64,000 bases of DNA from positions 370,527 to 434,526 of the forward strand of contig JAFVEA010000009.1 of assembly GCA_017478185.1 (NCBI GenBank). Direction: 5' to 3'. Below, one piece after another: positions 19,904 to 29,900 of this stretch. A program made the translations under genes and the position numbers. Under the pieces are notes generated by a model, which searched no databases, was not told the DNA's origin, and was given only the letters and a program-made list of their open reading frames with translations. The first letter of the stretch is position 1, and each line of letters opens with the position of its first letter. The stretch is from Clostridia bacterium. GTDB taxonomy: Bacteria > Bacillota > Clostridia > Christensenellales > UBA1242.

Positions 19904-21763
19904 TTAATTTTTTTCTTTTTTAAGGCAAGAAGCAAAAACATATTTTGTTATTTCACTTCGGTTTATAACCCCAACCATTTTTCCGTTTTCAAGAACAGGA
20001 ACTTTCTTTTTATGGCTGTTTGCAAGTTTTTTGCACACTTCACCAAAATCATCATTTATGTCAACAAAGAATGGGCCAGTTGTTGCCACATCAGAAACTT
20101 TTAATGAAGATAATTCTTCAACTTTTGTGTTAAATTCATTTTCATTTCCATTTGTAACAGCAAAAGCATAAGCAAATTTTATGTTTGTTTGATTTTTTGA
20201 AAGATATCTCATTATGTCGCCATCACTTAAATAAGCAACCAAATTGTCATTGTCATCAACAACGGGCATACCACTTATTTTCTTTTCAACCATCATTTGC
20301 ATAGCATCTAAAATGCTTGCGTTTATATTGATTTTATAAACATTTGTTTTCATAACGCTTGAAAGGGTTGGGGCGGCTGAATCCTCTTTTTTCAGAACTT
20401 GTTCTTGAGCTTTTTTTGATGTTAAAACAACAGAAATAATTAAGCCAACACAAAGAATAAAAGCAACAATAAGGCCAACAATCAAAAATGATGTGCTAGG
20501 CAAAGTTGTTTGTGCCAATTTTTCATAAATTCCTAAAAATAATGATGCTCCAATGCAACCAGCAATTTGGAATCCAGTGCTAAATATTGTAACTCCATGT
20601 GGGTTTTGTTCGGGCTTTAATGATGAAAGTCCATAGCTTTGAATAGGCCCAATAATTAGAGCAGAACCAACAATTAATGGAACATATAACAAAGCAATCA
20701 AATAGATGCTAGGAGTGGAAATAAATATAGCCAAAAGCACGCTAAACAAGAACATCATCAAAAATCCAATAATTAAAAGTAGTTTTGGTCCGTGTTTGTC
20801 AAATATCTTTCCGGCAATAGGGGCAATAACGCAAGATAAAAATATGGCAGGGAACAAAGCAAGAGATGCCGTGAGTGGATTATAACCAGCAATGTTTTGA
20901 AGATACATAGGAAGCAAAACATTAAAAGCAAAAACAACAATTAAACTAATCATATTTAATATAACAGATAGTGAAAATTGTTTAACTTTTAGTGGTTCTA
21001 AATTTATTAATGGAGTTTCAAGCTTTTTCTGCCTTAAAACAAACAAAATCATAAAAATAACACCAACAACAAAAGCAATTAATGCAATCCACCAAACTTT
21101 AAACACAAACGAGATTGAAAACATAATTCCAATCAAAGCAAAAGAGATATAAACAACTGAAATTATATCAAGTTTTGGCTTTGTTAATTTTGCGACATTT
21201 GAAATAAAGAAAATTGCCAAAACAAAACAAACAAAAGTTAAAGCTCCAAAAACCCAAAAAAGGATGTGAAAATCACCATTTGTTAGGTTTAACAAAGCTC
21301 CAGCAAGAATAACACTAATTGATGGGCCAAGCGTTGTCATAGCTCCCATTGTGCCCATATAAAAACCAAGTTTTTCTCTTGGAGCAATGTCTAAAACAAT
21401 ATTCATTGCAACAGGGATAAGCATTCCTGAACCAATTGCTTGTAAAATTCTTGACAAAAGCACCAAAATAAATGAATTTTTAGATAATCCACCCAAAAGG
21501 CTACCAATTATAAAAAAGCCAATTGTTATTAGAAAAAGAATTTTTGTTGGAACCTTTCTATACAAAAATGCAGAAATAGGAACCATAATTGCAGCTCCAA
21601 GCAAATAAGCAGTTACAACCCATTGAATTGCTAAGCCATCAACCCCCAAAGATTGTGCCATAGGAGCTAACGCAACATTCATAAAAGTTTCATTAAAGGT
21701 TGCCAAAAAAACTGCAAAAGCCGCAACAATAAATGTCATAACAGTTTTTGATTTTGATATCAT
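19904..21763 (-). CDS. MFS transporter (DHA2/EmrB-like, about 14 TM) fused to a C-terminal CBS-domain pair
   Basis: The N-terminus MISKSKTVMTFIVAAFAVFLATFNETFMNVALAPMA and many TM segments fit an MFS fold. The last ~150 aa carry GMPVVDDNDNLVAYLSDGDI and KKVPVLENGKMVGVINRSEI, which are CBS-like. Start moved to the ATG at 21763, 8 nt after AAAGGAG. Confidence 0.8.
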   Translation of the reverse strand: MISKSKTVMTFIVAAFAVFLATFNETFMNVALAPMAQSLGVDGLAIQWVVTAYLLGAAIMVPISAFLYRKVPTKILFLITIGFFIIGSLLGGLSKNSFILVLLSRILQAIGSGMLIPVAMNIVLDIAPREKLGFYMGTMGAMTTLGPSISVILAGALLNLTNGDFHILFWVFGALTFVCFVLAIFFISNVAKLTKPKLDIISVVYISFALIGIMFSISFVFKVWWIALIAFVVGVIFMILFVLRQKKLETPLINLEPLKVKQFSLSVILNMISLIVVFAFNVLLPMYLQNIAGYNPLTASLALFPAIFLSCVIAPIAGKIFDKHGPKLLLIIGFLMMFLFSVLLAIFISTPSIYLIALLYVPLIVGSALIIGPIQSYGLSSLKPEQNPHGVTIFSTGFQIAGCIGASLFLGIYEKLAQTTLPSTSFLIVGLIVAFILCVGLIISVVLTSKKAQEQVLKKEDSAAPTLSSVMKTNVYKININASILDAMQMMVEKKISGMPVVDDNDNLVAYLSDGDIMRYLSKNQTNIKFAYAFAVTNGNENEFNTKVEELSSLKVSDVATTGPFFVDINDDFGEVCKKLANSHKKKVPVLENGKMVGVINRSEITKYVFASCLKKEKN

Positions 21764-21795
21764 TATATTTTCTCCTTTTATTTTCTGTGCCAAAA

Positions 21796-21830
21796 ACGAG
21801 AAAAACAAAAACAGAGCAAAGTTTGCCCTG
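21796..21830 (-). terminator. terminator-like hairpin inside the 5' leader of the MFS gene (possible attenuator)
   Basis: On the minus strand, CAGGGCAA-act-TTGCTCTG is followed by TTTTTGTTTTT, about 35-65 nt upstream of the MFS ATG. No upstream minus-strand gene exists for it to terminate. Confidence 0.45.
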
Positions 21831-21913
21831 CCGTTTCATAAAAATAGATTTTTGCTATTTATATAAGAGATAATTATAAAAAATTTCTCAATGTGTCGTT
21901 TAAAAGCATTATT

Positions 21914-21942
21914 ATTTTATGATTTAAAAATAAAAAAGTCAA
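21914..21942 (-). promoter_or_regulatory. sigma70-like promoter of the MFS leader
   Basis: On the minus strand: TTGACT (21937-21942), a 17-nt spacer, then TAAAAT (21914-21919). Confidence 0.45.
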
Positions 21943-22078
21943 GGAAAAAACAAAAATTTTTATAAATTTTTATAATTTTTCATTTTATAAAGCCTTTTAA
22001 TCATAAGCTTTTATATTGATTTTATAAACTTTCACCCAAGTTTATTTACAAAATAATTTTTAATTTATGTTTAAGTTA

Positions 22079-22107
22079 TTGACATATTCAAAAAAAAAGA
22101 TTATACT
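22079..22107 (+). promoter_or_regulatory. sigma70-like promoter of rplM-rpsI
   Basis: TTGACA, a 17-nt spacer, then TATACT. Confidence 0.5.
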
Positions 22108-22191
22108 TATTAAAGTCTATTAAAAGTTTTGTAAACTAGCCCCTTACAAAATTGTGAATTAGGCGAAATATTTTTATTCAAGGAGAAAAAG

Positions 22192-22635
22192 ATGAAAACA
22201 TTTATGCCAAAAAAAGCAGATGTTGAGAGCAAATGGTGGATTGTTGACGCAAGTGGCATCCCTCTTGGAAGACTTGCAAGCCAAGTTGCTGCAGTTATTA
22301 GAGGCAAAAACAAACCAACTTACACTCCAAGCACTGATATGGGCGATTATGTTATTGTTATAAATTGCGATAACGTTGTTTTAACAGGTAACAAAATAAA
22401 CCAAAAGGTTTATAAATATCACACACTATATCCTGGTGGAGATAAAGAAATCAAGTATGATAAACTTATGAGAGAGAAAAGTGATTTTGTTGTTGCAAAA
22501 GCAATAAAGGGAATGCTTCCTAAAAACAAACTTGGAAGACATATGCAAAAGAAGATTAGAACATATAAGGGAGCAGAACACCCACACGAAGCACAAAATC
22601 CACAAGTATTAGAAGTTAAGGGAGGAAGAAGATAA
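22192..22635 (+). CDS. rplM: 50S ribosomal protein L13
   Basis: The N-terminus [20 protein letters not shown] is characteristic. GGAG RBS. The stop overlaps the rpsI ATG (TAATG). Confidence 0.97.
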   Translation: MKTFMPKKADVESKWWIVDASGIPLGRLASQVAAVIRGKNKPTYTPSTDMGDYVIVINCDNVVLTGNKINQKVYKYHTLYPGGDKEIKYDKLMREKSDFVVAKAIKGMLPKNKLGRHMQKKIRTYKGAEHPHEAQNPQVLEVKGGRR

Positions 22636-23045
22636 TGGCAACAAAAAAGACAGCAAATGTTGTTCAAACTCCAGCAACTGGCCGTAGAAAAAGTTCAGTT
22701 GCACGCGTTAGACTTGTTGATGGAAATGGTAAAATAACAATTAACAAGCGTGATATTGATGAATATTTTGGTTTAGAAACATTAAAACAAATTGTTCGTC
22801 AACCACTTGAAATAACTGAAACTTTAAACAAATATGATGTTTTTGTTAATGTTAAAGGTGGTGGAATTTCAGGGCAAGCTGGTTCAATCCGTCACGGAAT
22901 TGCAAGAGCACTCGTAAAAATTTCAGATGAGTTTAAAAACCCACTTAAAACAGCAGGACTTTTAACAAGAGACCCACGTATGAAAGAGCGTAAGAAATAT
23001 GGGTTACACAAAGCAAGAAAAGCAGTTCAATTTAGCAAGAGATAA
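22635..23045 (+). CDS. rpsI: 30S ribosomal protein S9
   Basis: [12 protein letters not shown]...[19 protein letters not shown]...ending in FSKR. Confidence 0.97.
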   Translation: MATKKTANVVQTPATGRRKSSVARVRLVDGNGKITINKRDIDEYFGLETLKQIVRQPLEITETLNKYDVFVNVKGGGISGQAGSIRHGIARALVKISDEFKNPLKTAGLLTRDPRMKERKKYGLHKARKAVQFSKR

Positions 23046-23049
23046 TATA

Positions 23050-23077
23050 AAAACGCACCTTTATGGTGTGTTTTTTT
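23050..23077 (+). terminator. intrinsic terminator after rpsI
   Basis: ACGCACC/GGTGTGT stem followed by T7. Confidence 0.65.
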
Positions 23078-23220
23078 ATGTTTAAATTTAAAAAAACATA
23101 AAAAAGTTTTAACTTTTGAAGTTAACATAAAAAAGTTTAACATATAATGATTAGATTTTTGTTTTAAAAATAAGCTTATTAAAAACATAAAAAATAATGA
23201 AATATTATAAAAAACGGATA

Positions 23221-23249
23221 TTTACAAAAGTGAAAAAATATGATATAAT
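23221..23249 (+). promoter_or_regulatory. sigma70-like promoter (extended -10)
   Basis: TTTACA, a 17-nt spacer ending in TGA, then TATAAT, upstream of the 23278 gene. Confidence 0.45.
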
Positions 23250-23277
23250 CTTTATGCTTTTAAAGGAGTGAAAAAAT

Positions 23278-23823
23278 ATGATAAATTTAGTTGTTTCATA
23301 TAATCAAGATTTAAAAACACTTAGTTCAAATTTTCATATTGAAGATAAAATATTCTGTATTGAAAATTTTGAAGAAGTTTCTAGACGTGATAGGATTGCT
23401 TTTTTTGAAGAATTAAAAAGAATTGAAAATAAGTTAAGCAAGGATTGTTTTAATTATTATAATGATATTGGGCATATCTTTAAAGATAGTCGTTTTCTGC
23501 CACAACAATATTATGGAGAGTTTTTCCCAAAATTTCAGTTTGAATTTATAACAGAACCAGAAATGATTTTGTTTGATGCACAAAGAGCATTTAAAGGCAA
23601 AAAACCTTTAGAGATGTTTTTGGTTTCTGAGTTTGGGCATTGGGATGCAACCTCAGTTCCACCAATAAAAAGAGATGTTGAAAATGTTATATATGAAGTT
23701 GTTGGTGGAAACATAGACGATGCCATTCAAAAAGATATCAAAGAACACACGGCAAAAAACATACCAAAAAGTTTTAATGAGTGGATGGGGGAACAAAAGA
23801 AAGCTCAAAACCTAGAAAAATAG
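23278..23823 (+). CDS. hypothetical protein (181 aa)
   Basis: AAAGGAG RBS, its own promoter and a terminator. No recognisable motif. Confidence 0.7.
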   Translation: MINLVVSYNQDLKTLSSNFHIEDKIFCIENFEEVSRRDRIAFFEELKRIENKLSKDCFNYYNDIGHIFKDSRFLPQQYYGEFFPKFQFEFITEPEMILFDAQRAFKGKKPLEMFLVSEFGHWDATSVPPIKRDVENVIYEVVGGNIDDAIQKDIKEHTAKNIPKSFNEWMGEQKKAQNLEK

Positions 23824-23883
23824 GTTATTTTGATTCTGTTTATAAAAAATAAAAATAGGTTTATCCTATATTTTAAATTAAAA

Positions 23884-23923
23884 CAAAAAAGAAGCTAACA
23901 TTTTTTTGGGTTAGCTTCTTTTT
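23884..23923. terminator. bidirectional terminator
   Basis: AAAAAGAAGCTAAC/GTTAGCTTCTTTTT hairpin between convergent genes. Confidence 0.7.
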
Positions 23924-23977
23924 TGTTTTGCTGTTTTAAAAACGGCAAAACTTTTGGTTAAAATATTTTTATGATTT

Positions 23978-26900
23978 TTATTTAACCTTCATTTTTGTTC
24001 TAAACATCACAAACAAAACAATAACGGCAATAACAACCAAAACACCAACAACAATAAGTATGATTGCAGCTGTGTTTAATGGTTTTGTTATCGTTATTCT
24101 CTGGCTGGAGATGAGAGAACCACTTTTTGAATAGATTTGAACAATATGTGTTCCAACTTCAGAAACTCTGAAAGAAACTTTTTCATTTTGTGAATTTTCT
24201 TCATCAATTGTTGCAACAATGTTGTCATTAACCTTTATATAACAATTTCCAACTTGTTCAAAAATGTTTGATGGGTTATATTCAACACTAAACGATTTTG
24301 TTGAAGAACTTCCCCAGCTCCTTGATGGAGAAATCAAGTTTGAAATCTCATCATTTAGCCAAATATCAAATGAATATTGTTCTTCAACCATTAAAGATGA
24401 GTTAACAGTAACAGTTATTTTATAGCGTCCAGCTCCAACATCTTGAGGCGATAACTTAAAGCTTTCAAGTTTGTTAACACCAAAAAGGCTTTTTAAACTG
24501 CTTGTTATATCTTCATCATTGTTTTCAATGCCTTGTTCAGATTCTTCATCTTTTGTGTAGGTGATTCTTTGAACGGTTGAAACATAATAACCATAAGTTT
24601 TTGCAAAATCATAAACAGTTTTTGCTTCATTTTTGTCAAGAATTGTAAATTGTGCTGTTGCAGATAAAACAACTGTTTGTGATGAATTGGTGTTTAATGG
24701 AGCGCTAATGTCAACCTTATAATATCCAGCCTCCACAAACGTCCAAGAGGTGTTATCGTTTTTAATGAAATCATTATATGGAGCATTGTTTCTTAAAATG
24801 CTGATTTGCACGCGACTTAAGTCATAATTGTTAGCATCATCAAGAGATAATTTTATTCCCTCATCAGTTTTGTTGTAGGTTGCATTTTGAATAGGGTTTT
24901 TGTTGTTTATAAAATAATTTACTTCATTTAATATGAGTAGGGTAAATGTGTCTGTTTTTGTATTACCATCACCAAAATATTGAACTTGACCCACAGCATC
25001 ATAAATTTTTATTTCATATTTTCCACTTTTTGTTAAAATGATGTCATCATAAACTTTTCCCGTCTCAACACTATTATTATATTTTATTTCTAAATATACA
25101 AAATTTGGCGCTATTTCTTCAGTTTTGCCCCAAGTAAGTTTAACATAGGTTGGATTTCCGCTACTTGTTGGATAAATCGTTGTTGTTGTTTTTGTACCTA
25201 TTCCTGAAAATTGTGAATCTAAAAAGTTATTTGTTGTTGATGTGGAATATTGTAGCGTTGTTAAGTTACTAGCTGGAGAAACTTTTGTTATTGCACAATA
25301 AGTTGTTAGATTTTCATTAGAAATTTTATATATTTTTGTGTTTGTATCTGTTGTTTCCGTTGTTACATCCGTTATATCAAAGTCTTGCGCTTCGTTTGGC
25401 AATATTCTTAAATCATTCCACGCATTTTCTAAATTAGACAAGAAGAAATAGTGATAAATATATTTTGTGGAGTCTTCCACTTCATAAGGATATCTATAGT
25501 TGTTCACTGTGTGAGGGGAGAGCTTTTCACCAGCAAAATAAACGCTATAAAGGTCAGAAGTTGCTTCTTTTTTGCTAAAGTTTATTGTGCGAACATTTAT
25601 AACGCCCAAGTCACTTTTAATAATAACGCTATAATCTCCTAATTTATATACTTTATAACCGCTTACTATTGGAATTGTATTATTATCATTAACAACATAA
25701 ACTCTTGGGTTAAACAAAAAGCTATTATTTGGTGTAAATGTTATAATAGTGGTTTTTGAAGTGAATTTTTGTTTGTCGTTTGACGTTAAATCTTCATTTG
25801 CCCACAAAGCTCTGCCAGAGTCATCGGTTAACATTATTTCTTGGGCATATGTATAAATTCCAAAATTATATGTTGTTTTGTTGTTGTCAATGTCAATTAA
25901 AACAATTTCATATGTTAAATGCCTATTTTTTATTGCATTAAAGCTTATTGTAACAACAGAAGTTTGAGAATCTAAGCTTTGTGAAATATATTGTGAATTC
26001 ATATTACAAACATTAACCAAGCTGTTTTCAACTCCATAAGTTGTGTAGGGCAAATCTTTTACGTCAAGAATAACTTCGTCAGCATTAACATCATAAATTT
26101 TTATACTTATTCTGTCATCTTTGCCAGTTACATAATTAAATAGAGTGGTGTTTGGTGTGTAAGGTATGTTGTCATAAACATATGGGGAGCTTTCTTCAAA
26201 AACAAGACCTTTTACCATTTCAGTTGTTGGATAAGTGAATTTATAAATTCTTCCAAAGTTATCTATAAAGCTAAAATTGTATTTATAATAAGATTCAAAC
26301 AAATCAAAAGATAATTTTGTTTGTGAGCTTCTTGATGTGTTTAAATTCAACAAATTGATTTGCGGTGAGCTGTTGTCATATTGAAGTTGAGAATCATTTC
26401 GCCTTATTTCAAAATTCGAATATTTTGTTGAATAAGTGTCTGCTGGCATTGTTATTCTAAATTTTCTATTGTCAATGCGCTCTGGATATAATTCAGAAAT
26501 GCCTATTTCTCTTCCTGGAGTTAACAAATAAAAATCAATATCTTTTCCGCTTCGGTTGTTAAAGATTAATCTTATTTGAGCTCCGTTAGAAGAAGAATTT
26601 AATGCAATCACTTGTCTTAGCCAATCATTTAAAAATTCTATGATTTCATTTTTGTTTTTATATTTGTTTAAAATACTGTCTTTTTTATCCTGACTTAGGT
26701 TTTGATTGTTTCTTATTGAAAGCAAATAATTTTGAGGAGCAACATTAAAAACATATTCACGCAAAAAGTCTTGACCCACATTTCCGTTTTCTAGGCTGAA
26801 TGAAACTTTATACCAAGAATCATTAATTTTAAAATTGTTTGAGTTTAAAACAAATGATGTAACGCTAAGTGATGGGGTGGTGGTTGTGTTATAAGTTGTG

Positions 26901-29900
26901 TTTGAAGTTGTTTCTTGAATCATAAAAGTTTTTTCACCATTTTCATCTGTTTTTGATGAAAATTTAAAGTTAAGTTCATCAGTTGTGAAGTTTGAACCAG
27001 TTGTGGTTAACAAAACTTCATCGTCTGTTTTTGCTATAAAAATTGTATAAACTCTGTGATTTCCAGCTTCATCAACCTCAACAATATCAAAATATCCACT
27101 CACGCTTAGTTGAGTTGTATATTCGTTTGAAGAAAAGCTGTCTTTACTAAATCTTAAGTTTGTGTAGGTGTTATAATCATCACTTTCAGGAATAACTGTT
27201 TGTTTTGGATAAATTGTTCCATCATATTTGTCATCAACTTGTTTATAATAATAAAATTTTCCGTTATCACTTAAATCCAAAGTGCTAAAACTTGAAACAT
27301 CAAAGCTTGAACCAACATTAAAAGCATAATATTTTAAAAACTCATAATCGTGATTGTTTAAATTTCTTTTCATGTCAGCTTTTTGCGAATCTGTTAAATA
27401 AGTGTCATTTTCTATCAAGTTTAACAAACCTTTATAAGGTGAAATATTGTCAATATAAACGCTGTTTGTTGCTGAATAGTAATCTCCATAGATGTTTTCA
27501 TTTCCTATATAATTTATTGTTAATGAATAGAAGTAGTCAGTGTTTTTGCTGTTTTTAGGCAAAATGATATAATAATCATATCTATCTTCGCCAGGAATTT
27601 TAACTCTATAAAACAAAACTCCGCTATTTAAAACAAAATCAGTTAAATCCTCGCCAGAGTAGGTGCCATTTATTCTTTGAATTTCAGGTTCACTAAAACC
27701 GTTTGGATTGCTTGCATCATATTCTCGAACTTTATAATCGTTTTCTTGTGAAGGAGAAATTGATTCCTCTTGCGTTGTCATAACTCCGTCATCGTTTAAG
27801 GTGAAAGAGGTTCTTTTTAAAGTCCAACTTTTGTAGGCAATTTTTGCACGGTAAGGGTCAATCGTGTCACTAAATTTAAACACAACATAATTGTCATTGT
27901 TTGTGTAGGCATAAGTTCCATCAACATTTGCTTTTAATTCTGCTTTTTTTAATTGTGAGTGTGTTGAGCTGTTTTGTATTTCAATTTGTGGAGTGGTTTT
28001 AAGTATTTTAAAAGATAAGCTAACAACATTTGGCACAAAATTTTCGCTATTCCAAAGATCTAAATGACTCCAATCTGTTACTTTTGATGATGCTAAATTT
28101 GCATAGTCACAAACAATAATTCTATAAATTCCAATTTCATTAAATTTGTAAGTTAGCAAGCTACTGAATGGTTCTACGCCATTTGATGAAGAATTAACAT
28201 CTGGTGAATACAAAGTTTGTGACTTAAAAGTGGAATTTTCATTAAAACATTGAACAATTGCCAAAAGCTTTTGATTACTATATTTAGTTCCACTTAAATT
28301 TGAAATAACAATAGGCAACATATTTGTGTTTATGTTTGCAACAGCAGGAGCTTTTATATCAGTGTTAATGTTAAATTCATTTTTAGCGTTTGATTGATTT
28401 CCAAAAGAGTTGAAATAAAATATTTTTGTTGATTCGGCTTCTGTGTAACCCCTAATTGTTTCACCCAATGTTAATTTTGCATTACGCATAGGGTCTATGC
28501 TTCGGTCAACATAGGCTGTGTAAGTTCTTGTAAAAACATCTCCTCTTGAATTTGCTTCATCAAATGCAGTTTTATTAACATAATATCTTGTGAAAACATA
28601 TTTTCCTTGAAGTGTTAGTCCGTTTGGCCCAACGTTTAATGCTGAAGATTGATAATAAGTTCCTGTTGTGTCACCGTCATCGTCATCAGAAGTTGTTGGT
28701 GTCCAGAACACGTTTGATTCCATTCCAGTTCTGGTGTTGGTGAAAATAACATATTCTATTGGAGTGGAGCTGTATGGATTGTTATTGTCTTGATAGGTTA
28801 GTTCATAAAAAGAAAGTGTTATTTTTTCAACTTCAAAAGCGCTTCCGCTATTTGCTTGCTTAAAACTAAATGTCAAGAAATCTCTGTTTGAAATCATATT
28901 TTCAGAAAGTCTTTGTCTGTTTTTGTTTTCGCCTTCATTTGTTGTGTCTGAAATTCCTGTTATATCAATTTGCTCGCTGTGGCTAAAAATTCTTCCGTCC
29001 GATTTATCTAATGAAACATTTTTAGACAAAGTTTTTCTGTTGTTTAAGATGTCGTAGGCAGAAACGCTTAAATTGATATTTTTTGTTAAGTCATAAGCTT
29101 TTCCTTCTTGATTTTCAGTTGATGAAATATAAGCATAAAACTTCTTATTATTTTCTGTTATAACAACATAAGCTGACTGACCAGAAAAAGTTCTTTCATT
29201 CATTTCTGCTTTAGATATTTTTTGAGTGTAATAGAAGTTATTGTTTGAATCCGTTCTAAAGTAGTTTTCAAGTGCATTTGAAATTGTTTCATTTAAAGAG
29301 TAGGTGTTGCCACCCATTTCTATTGAGGTTGTTAAGTTCTTTAAAACATCTTTAACTTGAGATGCGTCAAGCGCTTTATAAGCTCCCCAAGTGAATTTTG
29401 TTGTGGTGTTAACAAGGTCAGTTGTTGTTTGTGTGGATTCTCCAATTCGCTCTTGAATAATTTCTGGAGTTATAGAGTCATAAATGGTTGCAAAACTTGC
29501 GGTGTTTCCGGCCTCATCTTCCAAAAGAAGAATTGCAAAGCAGTTTGAAGAAATGATTTGCTCTGAATTAAAAGGTTCGGTTATGTTTGTGTGTGCATAA
29601 TTTGGGCCTCTCTTAAAATCAGAGAACATTCCATTTGCTGTAACCCAAACTTCATTATTGCCAGACAGTTTTGTTAATTCAAAATCTGGTTTTGAAGTTA
29701 AGTTTGAATAATAATAACTTGCTGTGATTTTTGCTCCACTTGCTTTTTCGTCCCAACTCCAAACAAATGGGGTGTTAACAGTTAAGTCAAAATCGCTTGG
29801 GTTAGTAGTTAGGCTAGACAAAACATTATTAGCTTTGTTGCTAGAGTCAACAGAGTAGGCGCGTATTCCAGAAATAGCGTTTGTGTCAATTGTAAAAGTT

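Noticed and set aside
23095-23200. Repeated AACATAAAAAA(GTTT)AAC motifs upstream of the 181-aa gene, considered as operator sites.
   Set aside because: The sequence is very AT-rich and low-complexity, the copies are short and imperfect, and no regulator gene is adjacent. It cannot be distinguished from chance by eye.
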